Shown here: piece after piece, positions 36,697 to 45,130 of the stretch
Numbering within the stretch: the first letter of the stretch is position 1
How the letters are laid out: each line of letters opens with the position of its first letter
Assembly: GCA_037382465.1 (NCBI GenBank)
Contig: JARRPX010000013.1
Span: forward strand, 6,640 to 70,639
DNA from: Anaerolineales bacterium
Lineage (GTDB): Bacteria; Chloroflexota; Anaerolineae; Anaerolineales; E44-bin32
Length of the DNA stretch: 64,000 nucleotides
Direction: 5' to 3'
Notes under the pieces: generated by a model
Database searches by the model: none
What the model saw: the letters and a program-made list of their open reading frames with translations, nothing else
Told to the model about the DNA's origin: nothing
Program-made: the position numbers and the translations under genes

Positions 36697-38886
36697 ATGT
36701 TTTTGAGCACAGCGGTTTATCTGCTTCCTTATTTTCTGTCGATCGCGGTTTCTACAGGTGTTGCCCTTCTGGCGTGGAAAAGAAGATCAATCGCAGGAGC
36801 CGGTGCATATTCGATATTTGCACTGCTTCAGGCATCATGGACTCTTGGATACGCATGCGAACTATTGGCATCAAGCCTTTCCGCGAAAGTCTTCTGGGAT
36901 AACACGCAATTCTTTGGGATGCTTTTCTCGCCTCTGGCGTTCTTATGGTTTGCCTTTGAATATTCCGACGCCGACATGACGACGATTCGAAGGGTGATGA
37001 AATGGCTGGCGAGTTTTTCGATCGCAGGCTTGATTTTGGTATTCACAGACAATCTGCACGGGTTGATTCATTCACGAGCCTGGATCGTTCCCGGGGAACC
37101 TTTTTCGGCACTCGAGTATGATTTCTCCCCTATCTTTCTGGTGCTGACGGTTTATGTCTACATACTGGTCCTCTTCGGAATCTATAAACTCTTTCGTCGC
37201 TTCCTGCGCCCGGGGAAACTCTACCGTTACCAAATCCTGACAGTTCTGATTGGCGTGATCATTCCATTGTTTGGCGCGGCACTGACCCTCGTTGGCGTCG
37301 ATTTCTCGATTCACCGGGATACCACACCGATTACCTTCGCCATTGGAAATCTCTTCGTTGCGGTGGGGTTGTTTCGCTATCATCTATTTAAACTCGAGCC
37401 GATCGCCCGCGATCTGGTTTTCACGAGTATGCGTGATGCGGTGGTTGTTCTGGATGCGGAAAATCGAATCGTCGACATCAATCCGGCTGCTCTCGAAGAA
37501 CTGGGCAGAGAATTTTCGGACGTTATCGGAACACCGGTTACGGATGTATATGCGCTCTTCCCTGAGCTACTCGTGCGTTATATGGATAGGGATGAGTTTC
37601 ACGAGGCAGTCACCATTGAAGAAAACGGCGTACCTGGTTATCACGATATACGTATCACGCCCATCAGAAATCGCCAGGGGCAATTAACGGGTCGATTGAT
37701 CGTCGTCCGCGATATCAGTAAAGAAGTGCAAGCCCAGAAAGCACTCTTCGAGAGCGAGGCGAAATACCGTAATCTGGTCGAATCGACGAAAGATTGGGTT
37801 TGGGTGATCGATGTAAAAGGACGGCATACGTATTCAAACCAGGCGATACGCGATTTGCTGGGGTATGAAGTCGATGAACTCATAAACATATCGGCCTTCT
37901 CAATAATGCATCCTGACGATCGCGAACGCGTGCGTGAGATGGTACAGCGGTCGATAAAGGAAAAGCGGGGATGGTCGGATGTGTCCATTCGCTGGCTGCA
38001 TAAGGATGGCTCGATCCGTTTCATGGAAAGTACGGCAGAGCCGATGCTGGATGGAAATGGGAAATTGATCGGCTTCAACGGCATCGATCGCGACGTTACG
38101 GAACGAAAACGAGCGGAGGAGGAGATGCAGCGGCACGCTTCTCGATTGGAAATGGCAAATCGTAAACTTGAAGAAGCGAATGCGCGTTTGCAGATCCTTG
38201 ATCGTGTGAAGGATGAGTTTGTCGCCAACGTCTCCCACGAACTACGAACACCGATCACCAGTTTACGGCTTTATTTGAATTTGTTGTCCTCGCGTCCTGC
38301 GAAATGGGATCAGTATATGGACACGCTCGACCGCGAGACAGAACGCCTGGAGAGTATGATCGAGAGTCTGCTGCAGCTTTCACGCCTGGATCAAAATCGC
38401 ATGCCGATAAAATTCAAGCGAGTGGATCTCAATACGATTGTGGAGGAATACGTCGGCGATCGTCTACCGTTGGCCGAAAAGGCCGGTATTCAGCTTAAAC
38501 TGGAAAGGCAGAATGGTTTGCCAAAAGTGAAGGCCGACCCGCAGCTCGTCGGGCAAGTGCTGGGTATAATCCTGACGAATGCAATAAACTACACGCCTTC
38601 TGGCGGTGAAGTGGTTGTAAGCACAGAAGCGCACAACCAGGCCGAGGACTCCTACGTGGGTTTCTGTGTGTCAGATAGTGGGCCCGGGTTGAGTCGGGAG
38701 GAGCAAGCGCAGATATTCAGGCGTTTTTTCAGGGGGAAGGCGGGACTCGAATCGGACGTCTCGGGGACAGGCCTGGGCTTGGCGATTGCGAAGGAGATCG
38801 TAGATGAGCATGAAGGTTTGATCGAAGTCGAGAGCCGGGGTGTATCCGGCGAGGGAGCGACCTTTCGGGTTTGGCTGCGGGTCTAA
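36697..38886 (+). CDS. sensor histidine kinase (N-terminal 7TM module, PAS domains, HisKA, HATPase)
   Basis: About 7 TM helices in the first 230 aa and two PAS-like segments. H-box 'FVANVSHELRTPITSL'. 'NAINYTPSGG' and 'GTGLGLAIAKEI'. Confidence 0.88.
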   Translation: MFLSTAVYLLPYFLSIAVSTGVALLAWKRRSIAGAGAYSIFALLQASWTLGYACELLASSLSAKVFWDNTQFFGMLFSPLAFLWFAFEYSDADMTTIRRVMKWLASFSIAGLILVFTDNLHGLIHSRAWIVPGEPFSALEYDFSPIFLVLTVYVYILVLFGIYKLFRRFLRPGKLYRYQILTVLIGVIIPLFGAALTLVGVDFSIHRDTTPITFAIGNLFVAVGLFRYHLFKLEPIARDLVFTSMRDAVVVLDAENRIVDINPAALEELGREFSDVIGTPVTDVYALFPELLVRYMDRDEFHEAVTIEENGVPGYHDIRITPIRNRQGQLTGRLIVVRDISKEVQAQKALFESEAKYRNLVESTKDWVWVIDVKGRHTYSNQAIRDLLGYEVDELINISAFSIMHPDDRERVREMVQRSIKEKRGWSDVSIRWLHKDGSIRFMESTAEPMLDGNGKLIGFNGIDRDVTERKRAEEEMQRHASRLEMANRKLEEANARLQILDRVKDEFVANVSHELRTPITSLRLYLNLLSSRPAKWDQYMDTLDRETERLESMIESLLQLSRLDQNRMPIKFKRVDLNTIVEEYVGDRLPLAEKAGIQLKLERQNGLPKVKADPQLVGQVLGIILTNAINYTPSGGEVVVSTEAHNQAEDSYVGFCVSDSGPGLSREEQAQIFRRFFRGKAGLESDVSGTGLGLAIAKEIVDEHEGLIEVESRGVSGEGATFRVWLRV

Positions 38887-38943
38887 GTTGCTGCATCATC
38901 CATTGTGCCGTCGTTCATCAAATCAAGAAGAAGGAGACTCAAA

Positions 38944-39114
38944 ATGAAGCTCAGTGCTCCAAAGCAACCGACGTGGTGGATCGCGCTTACGGTTGGCGTT
39001 TTAGGCATTATCGCCAATTACGTATCTCTCGGTGTGATTACAACGAACAAGTTCTGGTTCGTCGTCGCCGGATTCGTGCTCCTGGTTCTGGGTACTTTTC
39101 TGCCGGGTCTGTAA
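38944..39114 (+). CDS. small two-TM membrane protein (56 aa), paralogue 1
   Basis: ATG preceded by AAGGAG. Sequence 'MKLSAPKQPTWWIALTVGVLGIIANYVSLGVITTNKFWFVVAGFVLLVLGTFLPGL'. It lies 57 nt after the kinase stop with no terminator between them. Confidence 0.6.
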   Translation: MKLSAPKQPTWWIALTVGVLGIIANYVSLGVITTNKFWFVVAGFVLLVLGTFLPGL

Positions 39115-39164
39115 TTCCGCAGCTTTTTCTGATGGATCGAAAAGTGAATTTCAAATAATGAGAT

Positions 39165-39190
39165 AACAAGCGCCCGAATGGGCGCTTGTT
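39165..39190. terminator. hairpin terminator between convergent genes
   Basis: 11-bp perfect stem 'aacaagcgccc'/'gggcgcttgtt' with a gaat loop. The flanks are only modestly T-rich on either strand. Confidence 0.5.
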
Positions 39191-39269
39191 GGATCGCGGT
39201 TTCGAGTCGTAGAAGTGGGATACAGGACATCGCATTTTAATCCCACTGTGGACGAGGCTCTTCGCTTTT

Positions 39270-39704
39270 CTAGTCTAAAAGCTCCAACGGGACATTGCCG
39301 CCATTCTCGGCGATCTTCTCGAGCACGGTCTTGTGGAGCCAGGTGTTCATCTCCGCCGACTCGTCCATTTTATCAGCCGGGCATCCCAGTTCCACGGCAA
39401 GTTCCTTGCGAGCCTTGTAGCTGCTGTCGAGATTGAGCAGTTTCAAGAGATCGACGATCGAGGTTTTCCAGTTGAGTTTCTGTGGATTCTCTTCCGCCAT
39501 CGTTTCCAGTCTGGCCATCACGTCGACCATGGGCATCTCTTTTGATTTTGCGGCGCGCATGGCTTTTATGCGCTCGATTCGCGCATGTCGCTCGGCAGCA
39601 GCATCGGCCGAAGTCTTCGTCGGCACGGGCTTAACCTTGGCGGCGGCTTCTGTTTTCTCTTTATCAAATCCCAACTTTTCCATTATATTGCTGAAAATAC
39701 TCAT
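39270..39704 (-). CDS. DUF3597-family protein
   Basis: The N-terminus 'MSIFSNIMEKLGF' and C-terminal 'LNWKTSIVDLLKLLNLDSSYKARKELAVELG' match my recollection of DUF3597. Confidence 0.6.
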   Translation of the reverse strand: MSIFSNIMEKLGFDKEKTEAAAKVKPVPTKTSADAAAERHARIERIKAMRAAKSKEMPMVDVMARLETMAEENPQKLNWKTSIVDLLKLLNLDSSYKARKELAVELGCPADKMDESAEMNTWLHKTVLEKIAENGGNVPLELLD

Positions 39705-39887
39705 TCCACATCCTCCTGTTCCGTTTTCTGCGGTTCGCTAGATGGATACGTATTCGACGTCGACTCATGTTTCGACTTGTAATTTTCCCCGAGGTTTCCA
39801 TAGCGCAAAACTTCGGGCAACACGAAATGTGCTGGATTGTCATTCTTATTGCTGAACGGAGGCCTGAAAGGCTCGATTTCTTCGGGA

Positions 39888-40484
39888 TTATTTCTTGCCC
39901 CCGAAAAGCCCGCCCAGGAGATTGGCTCCGAGCGAGATGATCTCATCCGAGACATCGCCATCCCCGTCCATGTCCAACAGCTGGGTCAAACCCGAGGAAG
40001 TTTTCTCCACCGTTTTTCGCTCTTCCTGAAGAAGCGAGGATACACCGTCGGCGTCGAGGTTCTTATTGCGTTGAATTTTCCCCAATGCGCCCAACACGAG
40101 CGGCGCCAGCATGGCGAATATCTGTGAGACTTGCGCGCTGTCGATGTTCGTTGCTCGACTCACGCTGTCCATGATGCCGCTGCTGTTGTCCCCGAAAACG
40201 TGGCCCAGGATCGCCGAACCGTCTTCGACAGTCTCCCGCTTCGTGATGGCCTGCGTAATATTGTCGAGGATGCTCCCATCGTGATCGCGCTGGATCGCAT
40301 TGGTCAGTGCCTCGGCACCGCTTTTCGAGGAAGATGTGTTGCGGTTGAGTGCGCCGATGAGCATCGGCAACGCCATGCCGATCACCTGTTGCGCTTTTCC
40401 TTCGTCTATGCCCAATTTCTCGCTGATTTGGTTTGCTCCGCCCGTTCCTAACTGTGACAAGAGTAGTTCAATGATCGAATCCAC
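39888..40484 (-). CDS. DUF937-family protein
   Basis: GTG start 5 nt after AAGGAGG. It has the repeated 'LLGGLFGG'/'ILGHVFG' style and 'ALPMLIGAL'/'LAPLVLGAL' motifs typical of DUF937. Confidence 0.55.
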   Translation of the reverse strand: MDSIIELLLSQLGTGGANQISEKLGIDEGKAQQVIGMALPMLIGALNRNTSSSKSGAEALTNAIQRDHDGSILDNITQAITKRETVEDGSAILGHVFGDNSSGIMDSVSRATNIDSAQVSQIFAMLAPLVLGALGKIQRNKNLDADGVSSLLQEERKTVEKTSSGLTQLLDMDGDGDVSDEIISLGANLLGGLFGGKK

Positions 40485-40538
40485 GACAGCCTCCTTGTGG
40501 TTTTCACCCCGTCGCATCCGGGTATTTTAGGTACAAGA

Positions 40539-40547
40539 ATTCTAACA
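40539..40547 (-). promoter_or_regulatory. extended -10 element (TGtTAGAAT) for the DUF937/DUF3597 genes
   Basis: The minus strand reads 'caTGtTAGAAT'. About 55 nt upstream of the GTG at 40484. Confidence 0.35.
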
Positions 40548-40876
40548 TGCTGGAAAAAGTAAGTACTGGCCCAATGGTCCTCATTCCTATTATATAGTAG
40601 GTTGGCGCTTCGTTCTACGACGGAATTGATCGATTGCATTTTGTTTTCGGCTTGAACGTTCGTTCTCGTCGGTTGAGGCGTTCGTACTTCATGATCCGAT
40701 AATCCCGGTTCTCCAGGGGTTCCATCAGTCGTCATCAGAAGACCAGGGATCTGAAATACCCGGACTATGAAACTCGGCCAAGGAACTATTATTTACGTCC
40801 GGTGTTTCTTCATATAGATACGGCTGCAATCGAGTTATTCGATAAGATCGTGCGAAAACACGCCACATGAATCTGG

Positions 40877-40904
40877 TTGTTCATGTTGGGGCCGACAATA
40901 CAAT
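40877..40904 (+). promoter_or_regulatory. sigma70-type promoter of small membrane protein paralogue 2
   Basis: TTGTTC, 16-nt spacer, TACAAT. About 44 nt upstream of the ATG at 40948. Confidence 0.4.
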
Positions 40905-40947
40905 CGTCCTGAATCCATTTCAATGACCCGAACAAGGGAGGCAGAAA

Positions 40948-41118
40948 ATGAAGCTGAGTGCTCCGAAGCAAATTACCTGGCTCATTTCCGTCGTGCTCAT
41001 CGTCGTGGGAATCGTTGCGGAATTCGTCGATCTCTCCATCGTCACACAGTACAACTTTTGGATCATGACGGTCGCCGCCGTTCTTCTGGCGCTGGCCACA
41101 TTTCTGAAAGGTCTATAA
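40948..41118 (+). CDS. small two-TM membrane protein (56 aa), paralogue 2; absent from the supplied ORF track
   Basis: My own translation: 'MKLSAPKQITWLISVVLIVVGIVAEFVDLSIVTQYNFWIMTVAAVLLALATFLKGL'. RBS GGGAGG. About half the residues are identical to 38944..39114. A terminator follows it. Confidence 0.6.
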   Translation: MKLSAPKQITWLISVVLIVVGIVAEFVDLSIVTQYNFWIMTVAAVLLALATFLKGL

Positions 41119-41199
41119 GTCGCTGACCGGGTGCGGGCCAGTCGCTGCACTGTCGGCCCCGATGATTCTTGGTCCGCACCCACATATCTCTTTGAACAG

Positions 41200-41240
41200 G
41201 CGCTTGCCACGAATGACCGCGGGCAGCGCTTTTTATTTTT
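41200..41240 (+). terminator. intrinsic terminator
   Basis: Stem 'gcgct(t)gcc'/'ggcagcgc' (8 bp with one bulge) followed by 'tttttattttt'. The T-tract overlaps the rnhB stop codon on the other strand. Confidence 0.6.
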
Positions 41241-41886
41241 CGTGATTCAACGAAGCGATGGGGTCATACGATTTGCGATGAATTTCACTAGGCCCCATTT
41301 TTTGTAAGGCAGCGCGGTGTGCGGCCGTGCCGTATCCTTTGTGCCGATGAAATCCGTAACCCGGATAGCGGCGGTCGAGCGCGATCATCGCTCGATCGCG
41401 CGCCACCTTGGCGATCACGGAGGCTGCGGCGATCGAAAGGATGCGGGCATCCCCGTGAGTGACGGCAGTCTGGGGGAGATGGACCTCGGGCAGACGGATG
41501 TGGTCGATCAACAAGTGTTGGGGTTCGCAGCCGAGCTGTGCGATGGCTCGCTGCATCGCTTTGCGGGTGGCGGAACTCAAACCCATCTCGTCGATTTCTT
41601 TCGCCGTGGAGAAACCGACAGCGCTGGCGAGCGCGATTTCCTGAATGTGTGAATACCAGATCGTGCGTTGTTCGGGCGTCATCTGCTTCGAATCTTGAAC
41701 CCCGTCGAGCCGGAAGGCAAGATCGAAACGTTGAATTGGGAGTATGACGGCCGCCGCGACGACGGGACCCGCCCATGCGCCGCACCCGGCTTCGTCCAAA
41801 CCTGCGATCAACTTACAACCGGATCGCAGCAGTTTGAGTTCGTAAAACAGATCGGGATGCGAAACGACAGCTTCAATCTGGTGCAT
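41233..41886 (-). CDS. rnhB: ribonuclease HII
   Basis: 'IAGLDEAGCGAWAGPVVAAAVIL', 'DSKQMTPEQR', 'VIAKVARD', 'GYG...H' are RNase HII motifs. Confidence 0.92.
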   Translation of the reverse strand: MHQIEAVVSHPDLFYELKLLRSGCKLIAGLDEAGCGAWAGPVVAAAVILPIQRFDLAFRLDGVQDSKQMTPEQRTIWYSHIQEIALASAVGFSTAKEIDEMGLSSATRKAMQRAIAQLGCEPQHLLIDHIRLPEVHLPQTAVTHGDARILSIAAASVIAKVARDRAMIALDRRYPGYGFHRHKGYGTAAHRAALQKMGPSEIHRKSYDPIASLNHEK

Positions 41887-42649
41887 AAACGCCTCGGATC
41901 GCGTTCAGCCGTATGCGAATCAGATCGCAGAACATGGTAAAGGTATCCTGCACGATGCGCACACGACTGCCCGGGTGGAAGTACCAGGGAACGGGCACTT
42001 CGACGATTGTATACCCTCTCCTTTGTGCCAGGAAGAGGACTTCTACGTCGAACGTCCAGCCGTCGATGACTTGTTGGTGGAAAAGCTCGTCGACGACTTC
42101 TGCTCGAAAGCACTTAAAGCCGCATTGTGTATCTTGTAGATTCAAGCCGGTAAACAGGCGAACAAGCAAGTTGAAACCGCGGCCGACGAAATGGCGGTAA
42201 ACGGGTTCGTCGTAGCGAACTGCGCCCGGTGCTTCACGGGATGCGATGGCGATATCAAAAGTTTCCAGTTGAGGCGGAATAAAATGCCTGACCTCCTCGA
42301 TGGGCATGGAGAGATCTGCGTCGCAGATGAAGCGATAGCTCCCTTTCGCCTCTAACATTCCCCGGCGGACTGCGAGTCCTTTGCCGGCTCGAGTTTCGTG
42401 AAGCAAGTGCAGGCAGGGATGTTCGCGCTGATACTCCCTGACAATTTCCGCGGTACGATCCTGGCTTCCATTTTCGACGACGATGATTTCAGAGTCGTAT
42501 TCTTGCTTTTCGAGGAAGGATAAAACCGTTTCCAGAGTCGAAGAAATGCGGCGTTCTTCATTGTATGCAGGGATGATGATGGAAAGAAAAGGTTGCAAGC
42601 TCGTACCTCGGAATTGGGATCGGCGAAGTTCAGAAGGCAATGTCGGCAA
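41873..42649 (-). CDS. family 2 glycosyltransferase (polyprenyl-phosphate hexosyltransferase-like)
   Basis: 'LSIIIPAYNEERRI', 'IVVENGSQDRT', 'FICDADLS'. The TTG start is uncertain. It overlaps the upstream gene by 20 nt and rnhB by 14 nt. Confidence 0.8.
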   Translation of the reverse strand: MPTLPSELRRSQFRGTSLQPFLSIIIPAYNEERRISSTLETVLSFLEKQEYDSEIIVVENGSQDRTAEIVREYQREHPCLHLLHETRAGKGLAVRRGMLEAKGSYRFICDADLSMPIEEVRHFIPPQLETFDIAIASREAPGAVRYDEPVYRHFVGRGFNLLVRLFTGLNLQDTQCGFKCFRAEVVDELFHQQVIDGWTFDVEVLFLAQRRGYTIVEVPVPWYFHPGSRVRIVQDTFTMFCDLIRIRLNAIRGVYAPD

Positions 42650-43544
42650 GCACCATCACGGCCATAACTGTTATGATCAACAGCTCGATAAACGCCATAA
42701 CCGCAAGCAGTACAAATTGATTTCTTGAAAAACCCCATCGGGCGTAAAACGGTGCGCCCAAAGGTGGTGCGTCCGGAGCATTGGGGTCGAACATCGGATA
42801 GTCCATGGGGTCCGTATCGGGGAACTTGAAAGGCGGGAGTTCTTCAGCGGCAAGTGGTTGCTCTTCTTCAGTGGTGAAAGGTGGAAGTTCGTTGATCAAC
42901 CCCGGCGCCAATTCGTTTTCCGGCTCCGCCACTTCATCGGTTTCAGATTCTTTGGGATGGAGAATCGCGTCCGAAATGGCGCGGATATCGTCCTGATCCA
43001 TGATCGGTTCGATCTTGAGTAAATTCACTGCGAAGTGATCGATTGCGTCTGCCTGAACGATACGCACACCGGGATTCAACTGATCGATGTGGGCATTCAC
43101 GTCCGTGAATAGCAGAACCGACTCAATACCGGGCAGCCCGTACCCGCGATCTTGAATGGAACGGAGCAGCACGTCCGCCATGAGACGAACGTCATCCATC
43201 GGATTTGGACGGGCGCGTCTGAACTTTCGACCGCGTGGATCGAACTTCTGCCACTCATCTCCCTTGGCTCGATAACTGCCGCGTACTCGATTCGGCACGA
43301 TGACCCGAACCCCTTGGGGACTTAACAGCATCATGGGCACCGGCAGCTTCGTGCCGGGGATGATCGCATTACGAATCATGATATGATCGCGCTTGAGGGT
43401 CTTCGACAGGCGTGCGCATATTTCTTCCTGGGCTTGCATTTCGTCATACCAGTTCAAACCGAAGTTGAGCGTGCCTTTAATCCGATTTGCCAAACTGATG
43501 GTTCCGTCTTCTTCACGGAGGTCAGAACACTCGATGACCTTCAT
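42630..43544 (-). CDS. NERD-like domain protein with acidic/Pro-rich linker and C-terminal TM anchor
   Basis: Start at 'MKVIECSD' (RBS GAGGTG). 'HIMIRNAIIPGTKLPVPMMLLSPQGVRVIVPNRVRGSYRAKGDEWQKF' resembles the NERD core, but the usual acidic/Lys catalytic residues are not evident. Confidence 0.45.
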   Translation of the reverse strand: MKVIECSDLREEDGTISLANRIKGTLNFGLNWYDEMQAQEEICARLSKTLKRDHIMIRNAIIPGTKLPVPMMLLSPQGVRVIVPNRVRGSYRAKGDEWQKFDPRGRKFRRARPNPMDDVRLMADVLLRSIQDRGYGLPGIESVLLFTDVNAHIDQLNPGVRIVQADAIDHFAVNLLKIEPIMDQDDIRAISDAILHPKESETDEVAEPENELAPGLINELPPFTTEEEQPLAAEELPPFKFPDTDPMDYPMFDPNAPDAPPLGAPFYARWGFSRNQFVLLAVMAFIELLIITVMAVMVLADIAF

Positions 43545-43752
43545 GTGAGCACCTCTATCGCATACGTTTCGTGATCGTCGTAATTTCGTCCGTTCTTCGT
43601 TTAAACTGATTATAAGGTACTCACATCCTGGCACAAGTCAGCGGCAAAGAAAGCGAAACGAAACGGGATATGAATTAACTGCAAAACGTTCAAGGTGAAT
43701 TATATCTCTGTGCCTTGCCCGTTTACGTTTATAATCGGGGAACGGGTAATTC

Positions 43753-45072
43753 ATGCGACGTCTATTGCTGCGCACGATAAGTTTGCTCCTGTTTTTATCC
43801 ACATGGTCCACGTTTGCCGGGGAAGCGCAAACGGGGAGGCGTGTTCTTGTTCTTGAGGCAGATGGACCGCTGACGCCTGCGATGGCTGAATATCTGGATC
43901 GCGGTATTTCGCGGGCAGAACAGGAATCGTACACCGCGTTGGTGCTTCAATTGGATACGCCTGGCGGCTCGATCGACTTGATGGACCGCATGGTGCAATC
44001 CATCCGTGCAAGCCGGGTACCGGTGATCGTCTACGTCGCACCCCGCGGGGCAATAGCCGGAAGTGCAGGGACCGTAATTACGCTCGCCGGCCATGCGGCC
44101 GTAATGGCGCCTGAAACGGCGATCGGCGCGGCCAGTCCGGTTGGAGGGCAAGGGGAGGATCTGGGCGAGACGATCGAAGCCAAAGCGAAAAATATTCTCA
44201 AGGCTCAAGTGCGCAGCCTGGCTTCGCGGCGCGGGGATGATGCGGTTGCGCTGGCGGAAGCGACGATCGAATCGGCGGAAGCCGCATCTGCAGCAGAGGC
44301 GTACGAGGTCGGTTTGATCGATTTCATCGCCTCGGATGTGAATGACTTGTTAACGCAGCTAAACGGTTTCGAGGTATCGATCAACGACGAGACGGTCGTT
44401 CTCGAGACCACGGGCTCTGAAATCGTGCCGTTCGGGCAGAGCTTGATCGAACAATTGCTGCACGTGTTGACCGACCCCAACGTTACGTTCTTGCTGATCA
44501 CCGTCGGCATTCAGGCGATCTTGATCGAGATCTCAAGCCCCGGTGGGTGGGTAGCGGGATTTATCGGTGTGATATCGCTAGCCCTGGGAACGCTTGGATT
44601 GGGCGTTCTTCCGGTCAACTGGTTTGGCTTGATTTTCCTGATCACCGCATTCGTGCTGTTCATTCTGGATGTAAAAGCGCCGACACACGGCGCCCTCACG
44701 ATTGCCGGGATCGTATCCATGATCGTAGGGGGATTGGTCCTATTTAATTCTTCCGACACGCCCTCTTTCCAGCGAGTGTCGGTGCCGTTCGTCGTCGGCG
44801 TCTCGTTGATGTCGGCGGCGTTCTTCATGACCGTACTGGCTTTTGCTTTGAAGGCGCAGCAGAGACCAGTCGGGGTGGGTGCGGTGACGCTTCTCGGGAA
44901 AACGGCAGAAGTGCGATCCAAATTCACGCCTTCGGGCATGGTGCAGGTCGCTGGGGAGTTGTGGTCGGCGGAAATTGAAGGGGATGTGTCCGAGGTGGCA
45001 CCTGGCGACCGCGTGGAGGTCGTCCAAGTCGACGGACTGCGATTGAAGGTACGTCCGATTCGGAAGAAGTGA
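43753..45072 (+). CDS. NfeD-family membrane-bound ClpP-class serine protease
   Basis: 'LQLDTPGGSIDLM...IAGSAGTVITLAGHAAVMAPETAIGAASPV' is ClpP-like. Central TM bundle. C-terminal NfeD OB domain 'GELWSAEIEG...GDRVEVVQVDGLRLKVRP'. Confidence 0.85.
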   Translation: MRRLLLRTISLLLFLSTWSTFAGEAQTGRRVLVLEADGPLTPAMAEYLDRGISRAEQESYTALVLQLDTPGGSIDLMDRMVQSIRASRVPVIVYVAPRGAIAGSAGTVITLAGHAAVMAPETAIGAASPVGGQGEDLGETIEAKAKNILKAQVRSLASRRGDDAVALAEATIESAEAASAAEAYEVGLIDFIASDVNDLLTQLNGFEVSINDETVVLETTGSEIVPFGQSLIEQLLHVLTDPNVTFLLITVGIQAILIEISSPGGWVAGFIGVISLALGTLGLGVLPVNWFGLIFLITAFVLFILDVKAPTHGALTIAGIVSMIVGGLVLFNSSDTPSFQRVSVPFVVGVSLMSAAFFMTVLAFALKAQQRPVGVGAVTLLGKTAEVRSKFTPSGMVQVAGELWSAEIEGDVSEVAPGDRVEVVQVDGLRLKVRPIRKK

Positions 45073-45130
45073 GTTGACTTGTCGAACAACAGATTGTACA
45101 CTAGCGCCGAAGCTTGAATAGGAGGTTGAC

